A DNA stretch of 64,000 bases from a candidate division TA06 bacterium (GCA_016235665.1 JACRJI010000003.1:160061-224060), one strand, 5' to 3'; counted from the first letter of the stretch, positions 17,398 to 26,837 are shown. Numbers and translations: made by a program. Notes: a model not told the origin generated them from the sequence alone.

Positions 17398-17890
17398 TCA
17401 GTTTGAAATTACCCAGATAGACTACATTCCCGTCCTTCTTAAATGTCAATTTGATCTCCCACTCCCCGGGCATCACAAAAGTGACCGGCAGCAGGTAGTC
17501 GCCTTTCTTGTTAAGTTTAAAGACCGCCTCGGCGTCGTGGGCTCCGCTCATGGAAGGCATGCCGGACCTTCCCAGGATCTCCCAGCCCGGGGCCTTTTTG
17601 CCGTCCTTTGAGAACAGCTGGACCTTTAGCACGGCCGGGCCCATCTTGGGCTTTTTGTCGAAGTTGTAGGTGAAGTAAAAATCCTGTCCGATCCAGGCCT
17701 TTTTGCCGTAGCCGGGAAGCTGATTGTAGACTGGCGCTTTGACGGCTGACGGCTCGGCCGCATTTGCCTGGATTCCGCCGTTGGCAGCGGCTTTGGCCGA
17801 TGGACAGTTGGCGCAGTCGTGCTGGGCCAAAGCGGGCGCGGCGGCCAGCGACAGCAGGGCCAGGACCAGCAGGCTCTTTATGTAGAACAT
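17390..17890 (-). CDS. Exported YtkA/FixH-like protein with N-terminal HDCANC motif
   Basis: Signal peptide; GMPSM..AH and LPV.FVMPGEWEI motifs; SD aaggag. Confidence 0.75.
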   Translation of the reverse strand: MFYIKSLLVLALLSLAAAPALAQHDCANCPSAKAAANGGIQANAAEPSAVKAPVYNQLPGYGKKAWIGQDFYFTYNFDKKPKMGPAVLKVQLFSKDGKKAPGWEILGRSGMPSMSGAHDAEAVFKLNKKGDYLLPVTFVMPGEWEIKLTFKKDGNVVYLGNFKLNV

Positions 17891-17924
17891 GTCTCTCCTT
17901 TGGGTAGGTTTTAACGGATGCTTA

Positions 17925-17945
17925 ATAAGACTAATATAATCCTAT
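17925..17945. promoter_or_regulatory. Second copy of the predicted Rrf2 operator, overlapping -10
   Basis: Minus strand ATAGGATTATATTAGTCTTAT, 19/21 identical to 5780-5800. Confidence 0.75.
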
Positions 17946-17961
17946 TTAAGCGCTTTGTCAA
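17933..17961 (-). promoter_or_regulatory. sigma70 promoter of the six-gene ABC operon
   Basis: Minus strand TTGACA-17nt-TATATT. Confidence 0.75.
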
Positions 17962-18136
17962 TATGAGGGCGGAAATAAACTTCGGGCCTTCCCCGGTCTT
18001 ATGCCAGGCCCGTGACGTCCGATCTTCCCGGGCCGCGGAAATGTGATTTTTTGCTTGAATTACCCCTAAAAAGTGGTAAAATAAGAGGTTAGTTGTTAAC
18101 ATGTTAAATTCCGTACATTTAGTATGGAATATTTTG

Positions 18137-18208
18137 AACCGCCAAGACGCCAAGGCCGCCAAGATTCTTTATAATTATACCCTTCGCGCTCTTTGCGCCT
18201 TTGCGGTT
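18137..18208. repeat. Family F inverted tandem repeat (CGCCAAG x3 ... CTTTGCG)
   Basis: aaccgccaagacgccaaggccgccaag ... cttcgcgctctttgcgcctttgcggtt. Confidence 0.7.
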
Positions 18209-18250
18209 AGGTAGTCCCGGTTTATCCGGGTAGGCAATAAAGGAGCAAGC

Positions 18251-18616
18251 ATGCCATTCAAACGATCAAGCCAGGTGGGCCAGCAGATGAAGCGGGAACT
18301 TTCGGAGATAATCGCCGGGCAGCTCAAGGATCCCCGGCTGGGTTTTGTCACGGTCACCGACGTGGAGCTGGCCGACGACCTGCGTTATGCCAAGGTGTTC
18401 ATCAGCATCTACGGCGACCCGGATAAGCAGAAGCAGACCCTGAAGGGGCTGAAGAGCGCCAAGGGCTACATCCGGCGGGAGCTGGGACAGCGCCTGCAGC
18501 TGCGCAACTGCCCGGATTTCGATTTCAGGATAGACGAGTCCATAGCCCAGGGCGACAAGATAGACCATCTGTTGAACCAGATAGCCAAAGAAAAGAAGCC
18601 CGATGCCGATCAATGA
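18251..18616 (+). CDS. rbfA: Ribosome-binding factor A
   Basis: KDPRLGFVTVTDV..DLRYAKV, P...F..DES. Confidence 0.95.
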   Translation: MPFKRSSQVGQQMKRELSEIIAGQLKDPRLGFVTVTDVELADDLRYAKVFISIYGDPDKQKQTLKGLKSAKGYIRRELGQRLQLRNCPDFDFRIDESIAQGDKIDHLLNQIAKEKKPDADQ

Positions 18617-19571
18617 CGTAACCGAGGCGCTGGTTAGGCACCGACGTTTTCTTTTAACCAGCCACTACAACCCGGACGGCGACAACATCGCATCCCAGCT
18701 GGCCCTGGCCTCGATCCTGAGATCGCTCAACAAGCAGGTCTCGATCGTCGACCAGGACCCGGTGCCGGGGCGCTACCGCTTTCTGCCCGGCTGGGAATCG
18801 ATAAGCAACCAGATTGTCCCCCAGAACGCCAGCTGTGCCGTGGTGCTGGACTGCGGCAACATCGACCGGATAGGAAGGGCGGCGGACCTCATCACCCCGG
18901 CCACCATGGAGCTGGTCAACATAGACCATCACGTCTCCAACACACTTTACGGGCATTTCCACTACGTGGACCCGGAAGCCTCGTCCACCTGCGAGCTGGT
19001 CCTGCGCCTGTGCCAGAAGCTGAGGGTGAAGCCTACTCCGGAGCAGGCCCAGACCATTCTGACCGGGATGATGTCCGACACCGGGGGCTTCCGCTACGCC
19101 AGCACATCGGCCGACACTTTGAGGGCGGCCGGGCTTCTGTCGGACTACGGCGCTAAAATAGCCGAGGTGGCCGAACAGCTCTATTACCAGCAGCCCATCA
19201 ACCAGCTTAAGATACTGGGGGAACTGCTGAGCCGTTTAAAGACCGGGGCTAACGGCCAGCTGGCCTATATGTCGCTGACCCAGGAGCTGATTAAAAGATA
19301 CGATTTCGACCTGTCGGAGAGCGAGGAGTTCGTCAAATACGCCCTGGCGGTGAAGGGGGCCGAGGTGGCCATATTGTTCAAGGAGCAGGGCGACGGCATC
19401 ATCCGGGTCTCCTTTAGGGCCAAGGGCCGGGTGGATGTCAACCAGCTGGCCGGCAAGTTCGGCGGCGGGGGGCACATCTCGGCGGCCGGGGCCCGGCTGA
19501 ACACCACGCTGGAGGACGCGGTGCAGAAGGTGGTGCAGATAACGGAAGCGGAGCTGAGTGCCACGGATTAA
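18603..19571 (+). CDS. nrnA: DHH/DHHA1 oligoribonuclease / pAp phosphatase
   Basis: H.NPDGD, VVLD, NIDHH, SDTGGF, GGGGH..AAG. Confidence 0.9.
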   Translation: MPINDVTEALVRHRRFLLTSHYNPDGDNIASQLALASILRSLNKQVSIVDQDPVPGRYRFLPGWESISNQIVPQNASCAVVLDCGNIDRIGRAADLITPATMELVNIDHHVSNTLYGHFHYVDPEASSTCELVLRLCQKLRVKPTPEQAQTILTGMMSDTGGFRYASTSADTLRAAGLLSDYGAKIAEVAEQLYYQQPINQLKILGELLSRLKTGANGQLAYMSLTQELIKRYDFDLSESEEFVKYALAVKGAEVAILFKEQGDGIIRVSFRAKGRVDVNQLAGKFGGGGHISAAGARLNTTLEDAVQKVVQITEAELSATD

Positions 19572-19705
19572 CGGGGCTTACCACAAAGGCACAAAGACAC
19601 AAATAACTTTTGATTTCTTTACATACCATAAATAGACCAAAACACTAGAGTGTAAACCAGATATTATTAAAGACGTATTTTTAGTGCCTTTGTGTCTTAG
19701 TGGTT
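19560..19705. repeat. Family F inverted tandem repeats (CCACGGATTAA; CACAAAG x3 ... CTTTGTG)
   Basis: accacaaaggcacaaagacacaaa 19580-19603 and ttagtgcctttgtgtcttagtggtt 19681-19705. Confidence 0.7.
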
Positions 19706-19725
19706 AAGTTAAAAAGGGAATAAAT

Positions 19726-20568
19726 ATGAAGAACTGGGGAATCATTTACAATCGCCAGCGGCCCGGGGCCGAGAACGTGATCCGGGAGCTCTCCACTTGG
19801 CTCAAGGACCACGGCATCGCCCCGGTCATCGAGCAGGGCATCCAGCTGGAAGGCTTTCAGTGCGCGGAGGAAAGCGAGGTGGTCCAAAGCTGCGAGCTGC
19901 TTTTGGCCCTGGGCGGCGACGGCACCATGCTGCGCTCGGTCCATCTGATGGGCTCTCAGCAAAAGCCCATCCTGGGCATCAACCTGGGCTCGCTGGGCTT
20001 TTTGACCGAGACCTCGCAGGACCAGATGTGGCAGAGCCTGGAGCAGGTGGCCCGGGGACAGTACCAGATAGAAGAGAGGGCCATCATCAAAGGCCGGACC
20101 GAGGGGCAGGAATACTACGCCCTGAACGACTTTGACATCCGGGTGCCCACCCGGCTGGTGGAGCTTTCGGTCTCGGTGGGCGGAGAGTTCCTGAGCCGCT
20201 ACTATGCCGACGGGATGCTGATCTCCACCCCCACCGGCTCCACCGCCTATTCCCTTTCGGCCGGCGGGCCCATCGTGGAGCCCACCATGGAGGTGATGGT
20301 GATCACTCCCATCTGCCCCCACACCCTGTCCATCCGGCCGATGATCGTACCCATGGACCGGACGGTGGAGGTGACCGTCCACGGCAAGAGGGAGGAGGCC
20401 ATCATGGTGGTGGACGGCCAGCAGAGGCTTTCCTTTAAGGCCGGCCAGCAGATAGTCTTCGAGAAGGCCGGGATCAAGGCCAAGCTGGTGAAGACCCAGA
20501 AATCCTCGTTCTACAACATCCTCCGCACCAAGCTCAAATGGGGGGCCCGGGGCGAGGACGGAAAGTAA
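19726..20568 (+). CDS. nadK: NAD(+) kinase
   Basis: GGDGTML, GINLGSLGFL, LND, DG..ISTPTGSTAYSLSAGGP. Confidence 0.95.
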   Translation: MKNWGIIYNRQRPGAENVIRELSTWLKDHGIAPVIEQGIQLEGFQCAEESEVVQSCELLLALGGDGTMLRSVHLMGSQQKPILGINLGSLGFLTETSQDQMWQSLEQVARGQYQIEERAIIKGRTEGQEYYALNDFDIRVPTRLVELSVSVGGEFLSRYYADGMLISTPTGSTAYSLSAGGPIVEPTMEVMVITPICPHTLSIRPMIVPMDRTVEVTVHGKREEAIMVVDGQQRLSFKAGQQIVFEKAGIKAKLVKTQKSSFYNILRTKLKWGARGEDGK

Positions 20569-20671
20569 ACCGGGGCCCTTATGGGACGAGGATTTTCGCA
20601 GATCGATCTCAAAATATCACACTTATTTTTCCAACTGGTCCCGTAGCACGAACCAACAGGAGGTCATTAAA

Positions 20672-22561
20672 ATGAGAAGACACTTTTAGGCCATCGCGGC
20701 CATGGTGCTCATCACTGCCATCAGTGGTTGCGGAAAGAAGGGGGAAGAGATCATACCAGTACCAACTCCTATTTATCCGGTAGTTACCGCCAGCTACCCT
20801 CCGGGCGACACTCTTCACCTGTTCGTTCGCAATCATGCCATCATCATCGTTTTCAGCACGGCCATGGACCGGTCGTCGGTGCAAAGCGCCTTTTCAGCAA
20901 ATGGCGCAGCGGGCAACTTTTACTGGCAGGGCAATGAGATGACCTTTGTGCCCGATACCGCATTTTCCGCCGACACGACAGTGACGGTGTCCATTACCGG
21001 CAATGCCCTGGACCTGGCAGGAACGGGTTTAAATCCGGCTTTTTCCAGCTGGTACCGGACCTCGGACTCTCTGGATTCCAAGGCCCCCACGGTCTGGGCC
21101 CAAAACCCCCTGCCGGATTCCCAGAATATATCCATCGGCACCGATGTGATGGCCTATGCTTCGGAGGAGCTAATAGACTGGTCCACGAACTCCCTGACCT
21201 TGACTGATTCCGCCGGGGTCAAGGTAACCGGAAATACAGCCCTGGCCCTTTCCGCCACGGCCCTGAATTTCATGCCCAGTTCGGCCCTTAAATATAATAC
21301 CCGTTATTATGTGACCATAGACACGACCCTGCGCGACATGTGCTGGAACCGTTTGGCGGCGCAATACACCTGGACGTTCCGGACCGAGAAAGATCTGGTC
21401 AAGCCAACAGTGGTCTCCGTTTCCCCGGCGGCCGGCGACACCAATGTCACGGTGAATACTTCCATAACGGTCTGTTTCTCCGAGCCCATGGATCATAACA
21501 CGGCCCAGGCAGCGCTATCCCTGACCCCGGCCGTCGCCTTCTACGGTTACAGCTGGCAGGGAGACACTTTGATGACCGCCACCCTAGCCGACACCCTTTC
21601 CTTCAAAAAACAGTATCGCATCAACATCAGCACCGCTGCCCTGGATGTAAGCGGCAACCAATTGGCTTCATCGTACTCGGCCGGTTTCTCCACTTTGCGC
21701 GGACTGTTGGTGCTGTGCAATACCGCCAACGAGATCTACAGCTACCAGCAGGCCGACCTGAAGTTCGAAGGATACTTAAGGCCCTATTCGTCGCCCCGTC
21801 AGATCCGGATCTCGGCCGACGACAGCCTGGCTTATGTCCTGACCCAGAACGGGGTGGAGTTCATCCAGCTGAAGAATCAGAACAACCATCTGGGCACCGT
21901 CAACCTGCCCCAGACCTGCTACGGCCTGGCTCTTTCGCCCAACGGGTTGCAGCTGGCCGTGACCGACACCACGAATGACAGCCTGTACATCATCAGCACC
22001 GCCACCATGCAAAAAACCGGATCCGTGAAAACCGGCGGAATTCCCAAAGGTGTCTGTTTCAATCAGGGCGGAAAAGTTGCCGTTCTGTGCTGGGGTAAAG
22101 TGGAGATATACACTTCCAGCCTGGCGCTGCAGTACACAACCATTGTGCCCAACAACGGGGAAGAATTGGTCAAAGGCAACGGGGATACTCTTTACGCGGC
22201 ATCAGGCACCGGGATCTCGGCCATAAGTTTTGGCGACGGTTCCAAAGTATTCAACGACCTGACCGGCCTCAGCAACCATCCCTTCGGTCTGGCGTTTTCG
22301 CCGGACGGCGCGCATCTGGCCCTGGCCTGTTATGACGAGAATGCAGTCAAGGTATACACCACTTCCGGGACATATGTTACCACCGCCGCCGCAGGCACCC
22401 GGCCCAAGGGGCTTTGCTACAGCCCGGACGGAACCAAGCTCTATGTCTTAAATTCCGGCAGCAGCAATGTATCAGTTATCACCCGCAGTGGGAACACCTA
22501 CACCTTGTTAAGCACCGTTACGGTTGGCTCCGGGCCCTGGGGGATAGCGGTCACCCCGTGA
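20672..22561 (+). CDS. Lipoprotein with three Big_5-type Ig-like domains and a YVTN-type beta-propeller; in-frame TAG at codon 6 (possible pseudogene)
   Basis: AGGAGG SD then MRRHF*AIAAMVLITAISGC; repeats P.V....P...FS..MD...D.AG/SGN; SPDG..LYV.N.GS..VSVI. Confidence 0.75.
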
Positions 22562-22570
22562 TTTATAACC

Positions 22571-22629
22571 GAACTCATCCCCAGCCGCCCCTTCTCTTAA
22601 AAAGAGAAGGGGATCAAGGGGTTGAGTTC
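22571..22629. repeat. Family D palindromic repeat
   Basis: gaactca...ccccttctctt-aa-aagagaagggg...tgagttc; close match to 30459-30513. Confidence 0.8.
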
Positions 22630-22674
22630 AAGATAAGTCCTTTGAAAGTTAGCGTCTAACCAAGAATTTTACCT

Positions 22675-24387
22675 ATGCTCACCAAACTAACCGTAAAAGA
22701 CTACGCCCTGATAGAATCGCTGGAAGTGGATTTTGCCCCCGGCCTCAACATCCTGACCGGAGAGACCGGCGCGGGAAAATCCATTTTAATAGGCGCCCTG
22801 GGTCTGGCCCTGGGCGAGAGGGCCGGCATCGACAGCGTCCGCACCGGGGCCAAGGCGGCGGTGGTGGAGGCCGAGTTCCAGGTCAAGGCTTACCGCCCGG
22901 CGGCCGAATTGCTGAAGGAGCTGGAGACAGAGCCTTCAGTTGACCCTTTGATCCTGCGCCGGGAGGTGAACGCCGCCGGCAAGAGCCGGGCCTTTGTCAA
23001 CGACAGCCCGGTGAACCTGGCCGGCCTGAAGCGCCTGGGCGACATCCTGCTGGATATGCACGGCCAGCACCAGCACCAGTCGCTGCTCTACGAGGAGCGG
23101 CACCTGGATTACCTGGACGCCTTCGGGCATCTGGAATCATTGCAGGGGCAGGTGTCCCAGCTGTTCTCGGATTACCACAAGACCAAAAAACAGCTGGACG
23201 AGCTGGTCCACAAGGAACAGCTGACCCGGGAGAAGATAGACCTGTACCAGTTCCAGCTGAAGGAGATCACTGACGCCGGCCTGCAGGCCGGGCAGGAGGA
23301 GGAGCTGGAGAAGGAAAAGTTCATCCAGGAGAACACCGAAAAACTTTTTGCTTCGGCCAGCCAGGCCTACGAACTTTTGTACGACGGAGAGGGCTCCATA
23401 ATCGAACGGCTGGGGACGCTGGAGAACCTTTTCTCCGACCTGTCCTCCATAGACGAGCGCCAGAACGAAAGCCGGGACGCGGTCCAAAACTCGCTGGCAC
23501 AGCTGGAGGAGACCGTCCGGTCCTTGCGCCAATACCGGGACAAACTGCAGTTCGATCCCGAGCGGCTGGAGGTGATCCGGGACCGGCTGGACCTGATCAA
23601 GACGCTGAAGAAGAAATACGGCCAGAAACAGGGGACCATAGAGGCGGTGCTGGAGCATGCCCAGCGGGTCAAGCTGGAACTGGACAGCGTGGAGCACGGC
23701 GAGGAGATCATTGCCAAGTTAAGGGCGGAAATGGAAAACGAAAGGCTGGAGCTGGAAAAGCAGGCCCTGTCGCTTTCCTCCAAACGGGCCGAGGCCGCCA
23801 AGAAGCTTTCCAAGGAAGTGATCGGGCAGTTGAAGGACCTGGGGATGGAGAAGGCCGTGTTCAAGACCGAGGTCGCTCAGACGCCGGATGCAGACGGACT
23901 GGTGGAAGTCAAAAAGCAAAGGCAGAAAACGGAGTCGTGGGGCATTGACCAGGTGCGGTTCCTGATCTCACCCAATCCCGGGGAAGACCCCAAGCCTTTG
24001 GCCAAGATAGCTTCGGGCGGCGAGATCTCCCGGGTGATGCTGGCCATCAAGACCATACTGGCCGAGGCCGATGCCGTGCCGGTGCTGGTGTTCGACGAGA
24101 TCGACGCCGGGATAGGCGGCCGGGTGGCCGAGGCGGTGGGCCATAAGTTGAAGGAGATCGGCAATAAGCGCCAGGTGCTGTGCATCACCCATCTGCCGCA
24201 GATCGCGGCCCTGGGCGATTCCCATTACGTGGTCAGCAAGCAGGAGAACAGGGGCCGGACCATCACCAATGTGCAGCAACTGGACCAGAAGCAGCGGGTG
24301 GACGAGCTGGCCCGGATGCTGGGGGGGAGCAAGGTGACCGAGACCACGGTCAAGCATGCGAAAGAGATGCTGGGAGTGAAAGACTGA
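22675..24387 (+). CDS. recN: DNA repair protein RecN
   Basis: LTGETGAGKS, HGQH, ASGGEISR, FDEIDAGIGG, ITHLPQ. Confidence 0.97.
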   Translation: MLTKLTVKDYALIESLEVDFAPGLNILTGETGAGKSILIGALGLALGERAGIDSVRTGAKAAVVEAEFQVKAYRPAAELLKELETEPSVDPLILRREVNAAGKSRAFVNDSPVNLAGLKRLGDILLDMHGQHQHQSLLYEERHLDYLDAFGHLESLQGQVSQLFSDYHKTKKQLDELVHKEQLTREKIDLYQFQLKEITDAGLQAGQEEELEKEKFIQENTEKLFASASQAYELLYDGEGSIIERLGTLENLFSDLSSIDERQNESRDAVQNSLAQLEETVRSLRQYRDKLQFDPERLEVIRDRLDLIKTLKKKYGQKQGTIEAVLEHAQRVKLELDSVEHGEEIIAKLRAEMENERLELEKQALSLSSKRAEAAKKLSKEVIGQLKDLGMEKAVFKTEVAQTPDADGLVEVKKQRQKTESWGIDQVRFLISPNPGEDPKPLAKIASGGEISRVMLAIKTILAEADAVPVLVFDEIDAGIGGRVAEAVGHKLKEIGNKRQVLCITHLPQIAALGDSHYVVSKQENRGRTITNVQQLDQKQRVDELARMLGGSKVTETTVKHAKEMLGVKD

Positions 24388-24418
24388 GCCGGGCACTTCG
24401 ACAAGGCTTCGGCAAGCT

Positions 24419-24739
24419 TTGGAGCATTCCCCTGGCAGTTATTATACCGGGAGCACAAAGGATCTGGCAAAAAGGTTAAATGAGCACGACAATCTTCTTG
24501 GTGCAAACTATACAAAGAAGAAACATCCGGTTCGGTTGGTTTATTACGAAGAGTATCCAAGAATTGACACTGCTTTTTATCGGGAAAAACAGGTTCAAGG
24601 CTGGAACCATGCCAAGAAGAAAGCATTGATTGAGGGGAAAAAGAATAAACTGCCGTTGTTGGCTAAAAATTATACGCAGTTTGGGAAGTATGAAGAGCCG
24701 GTTGTTTCGACAAGCTCAACAACCGGAGATGATGTCTGA
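24419..24739 (+). pseudogene. GIY-YIG (UPF0213/YhbQ-like) nuclease lacking the N-terminal Y.YI strand
   Basis: GSYYTGST.DL..RL..H...GANYTK..PV.LVYYE...A..RE.Q..GW...KK; begins at TTG with no SD directly after a repeat; AT-rich. Confidence 0.7.
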
Positions 24740-24798
24740 GTCTTGTTTGTTGGTGGCTGAGCCTGGTTCGTCGGTGGCCGAGCCTGTCGAAGCCACCG
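24698..24798. repeat. Pair of inverted family G repeats at the GIY-YIG 3' end
   Basis: ccggttgtt-tcgacaagctc-aacaaccgg and cggtggc-cgagcctgtcgaa-gccaccg; partial copy cttcgacaag at 24396. Confidence 0.8.
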
Positions 24799-24844
24799 CA
24801 CTCATGTAAATAGAATTATAAATTAAATAAACTCGGAGAGCTTC

Positions 24845-25528
24845 ATGTTCCACACTTTCGCCAAGGGCTCCGTCTGGGGCCTGATCCTGGGCTACGACGT
24901 ATTCACCAACCTGATCATGTTCTCGCTGGTCTACCTCTCGGTCTATTCCTGGTCGGTGATAATATACAAGCATCGCTATTTCAAGAAAATAAAACAGGCC
25001 AACAAGAAGTTCATGGAATCCTTCCGCCGGCGCAAGACCTTCAACGACCCCTTCAAGTCCGCCAACCCCGATTCCGCCAGCTTCTCCGTGCTGGCCGAGG
25101 GCCTGGCCGAGGCCCACCGCCTTTCCGGCGGCGAGCAGGTCTCCTTTCCGCTGGAGGTGCTGCCCAACATCCAGGCGGCCATGGAGCGGTCCATCGGCCA
25201 GCAGGAGGAGGACCTTTCCGGCAAGCTGATCTCGCTGGCCTCCATCACCAGCATCTCCCCGCTGCTGGGCCTGCTGGGAACGGTCTGGGGCATCATGATC
25301 GCCTTTGTGGACATCAAAAATTTCGGGTCGTCAAGCATTCAGGTGGTGGCCCCGGGGATAGCCGAGGCCCTGGTGACCACCATCGCCGGGCTGGTGGTGG
25401 CCATCCCGGCCTCCATGGCCTACAACGCCTTCAACACCAACATCCGCCAGATGACGCTGGAGATGGAGAACCTGTCCTCGGAATTTTTGGGCGACCTGAG
25501 GATGCACTCGGTCTACGGAGGAAAGTAA
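24845..25528 (+). CDS. tolQ: TolQ/ExbB proton channel
   Basis: SPLLGLLGTVWGIM, VAPGIAEALVTT.AGL.VAIPA; tol-pal context. Confidence 0.9.
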   Translation: MFHTFAKGSVWGLILGYDVFTNLIMFSLVYLSVYSWSVIIYKHRYFKKIKQANKKFMESFRRRKTFNDPFKSANPDSASFSVLAEGLAEAHRLSGGEQVSFPLEVLPNIQAAMERSIGQQEEDLSGKLISLASITSISPLLGLLGTVWGIMIAFVDIKNFGSSSIQVVAPGIAEALVTTIAGLVVAIPASMAYNAFNTNIRQMTLEMENLSSEFLGDLRMHSVYGGK

Positions 25529-25529
25529 G

Positions 25530-25937
25530 ATGCGGCGCCCGCGCACCGGCCTGCAGCCCATGGCTGCCATCAACATGACCAATCTGATCGACGTCTGCAT
25601 GGTGCTGCTGATAACCTTTATGATCACCGCCCCCATGATGCGCTCCGGGGTGGACGTGGCCTTGCCCAAGTCGTCGTCCACCAAGCCCCAGGAGGAGGAG
25701 GGCCTGACCATCACTTTGACCTCGGGCGGCAAGATCGTCGTCTCCAACCAGACCGTGTCCCAAAGCGCTTTTCCCAAGGTCATTAGCGGCCTGCTGGCGG
25801 CCAACCCCGGCCAGCCGGTCTACCTGAAGGCCGACAAGACCGTGCCCTACGGGCTGGTGGTGGAGGTGATCGGGCAGCTGAAGGAGCTGAAGGTCACCAA
25901 CCTGGGCTTGGTGACAGAACCCAAGCTGGGGAAATAG
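25530..25937 (+). CDS. tolR: TolR/ExbD
   Basis: INMTNLIDV..VLL..FMITAP, ADK.VPYG. Confidence 0.9.
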   Translation: MRRPRTGLQPMAAINMTNLIDVCMVLLITFMITAPMMRSGVDVALPKSSSTKPQEEEGLTITLTSGGKIVVSNQTVSQSAFPKVISGLLAANPGQPVYLKADKTVPYGLVVEVIGQLKELKVTNLGLVTEPKLGK

Positions 25938-25943
25938 GGCACT

Positions 25944-25974
25944 ATCCGCAGATTACGCAGATTTACGCAGATTT
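25944..25974 (+). repeat. Family F tandem repeat (CGCAGATT x3)
   Basis: atccgcagattacgcagatttacgcagattt. Confidence 0.7.
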
Positions 25975-26038
25975 ATTCTTTAATGGAAAACATTAATGGA
26001 ATCACGGGAACACAAATAAGACAATAGAATATTTTGTT

Positions 26039-26809
26039 TTGAACGCAGATATTAAAAGATATCAATTATTCGGCTGGGATTACGAGCATTTCAGCCCGTT
26101 GAATGAAAATGAGGTCAATTGGTATAAGAACTATGCCCGCAAGGCCGGAGGCCCAATTTTGGAGTTGGCCTGCGGCACTGGCCGTCTGTTAACCAAGTTG
26201 GCTGAAAATGGTTTTGATGTTACCGGGATCGATCTCTCCGACAAAATGATTGAGGTGGCTGGCAACAACATAGGAAAACTGCCAAAGGAAATAAGGAATA
26301 GGATCAAGCTTGTCAAAGGCGACATAAGGGATTTTGGCATGGAACAAAAATTCGGGCTAATAGTTGTCGCTGATAATTCTTTTCGCGAGCTTCGCACCAG
26401 GGAAGATCAAACAACTTGTTTAAAAACCGTCCTCAAGCATTTATCGCCCAAAGGTGCATTTTTACTGACTGTCAGGCGTTTTGATCTTTCAAGTTATACT
26501 GATAGCACAAGAGAAATTCCCTGGTCAAAACCGATCAGTGATCCTTCAAATAGTCATAAAGTATCACGAAAGGTGAAGTTTACATTATCGGATGACAAAA
26601 GGCGGGTAAATGGGATCTACATTTATAGGATAGTCGATTCGCAGGGCACAACGCGGTTTGAGGAATGTCCCTTTGTTTCTCCGGTTTTGCAGGAAGAAGA
26701 TTATTTTGCACTTTTAACAGAAGCAGGTTTTAAGCCGGAATTGTTTTATGATTTTAACGATCAGAAAAACAACACTGGTCAGACTCTTTGCTTTGTGTGT
26801 GGTAAATGA
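26039..26809 (+). CDS. Class I SAM-dependent methyltransferase, AT-rich insertion
   Basis: ILELACGTGR, GIDLS, GDIRDF, HL.P.G. Confidence 0.88.
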   Translation: MNADIKRYQLFGWDYEHFSPLNENEVNWYKNYARKAGGPILELACGTGRLLTKLAENGFDVTGIDLSDKMIEVAGNNIGKLPKEIRNRIKLVKGDIRDFGMEQKFGLIVVADNSFRELRTREDQTTCLKTVLKHLSPKGAFLLTVRRFDLSSYTDSTREIPWSKPISDPSNSHKVSRKVKFTLSDDKRRVNGIYIYRIVDSQGTTRFEECPFVSPVLQEEDYFALLTEAGFKPELFYDFNDQKNNTGQTLCFVCGK

Positions 26810-26837
26810 GAATTATGTAAAATGGAACCGGACCGAT

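Noticed and set aside
18137-19705. Tandem heptamer repeats as a CRISPR array
   Set aside because: No regular repeat-spacer periodicity and no cas genes
20687-20689. Genome-wide TAG reassignment
   Set aside because: hcp, tolR, pal and zupT end at TAG at their expected C-termini
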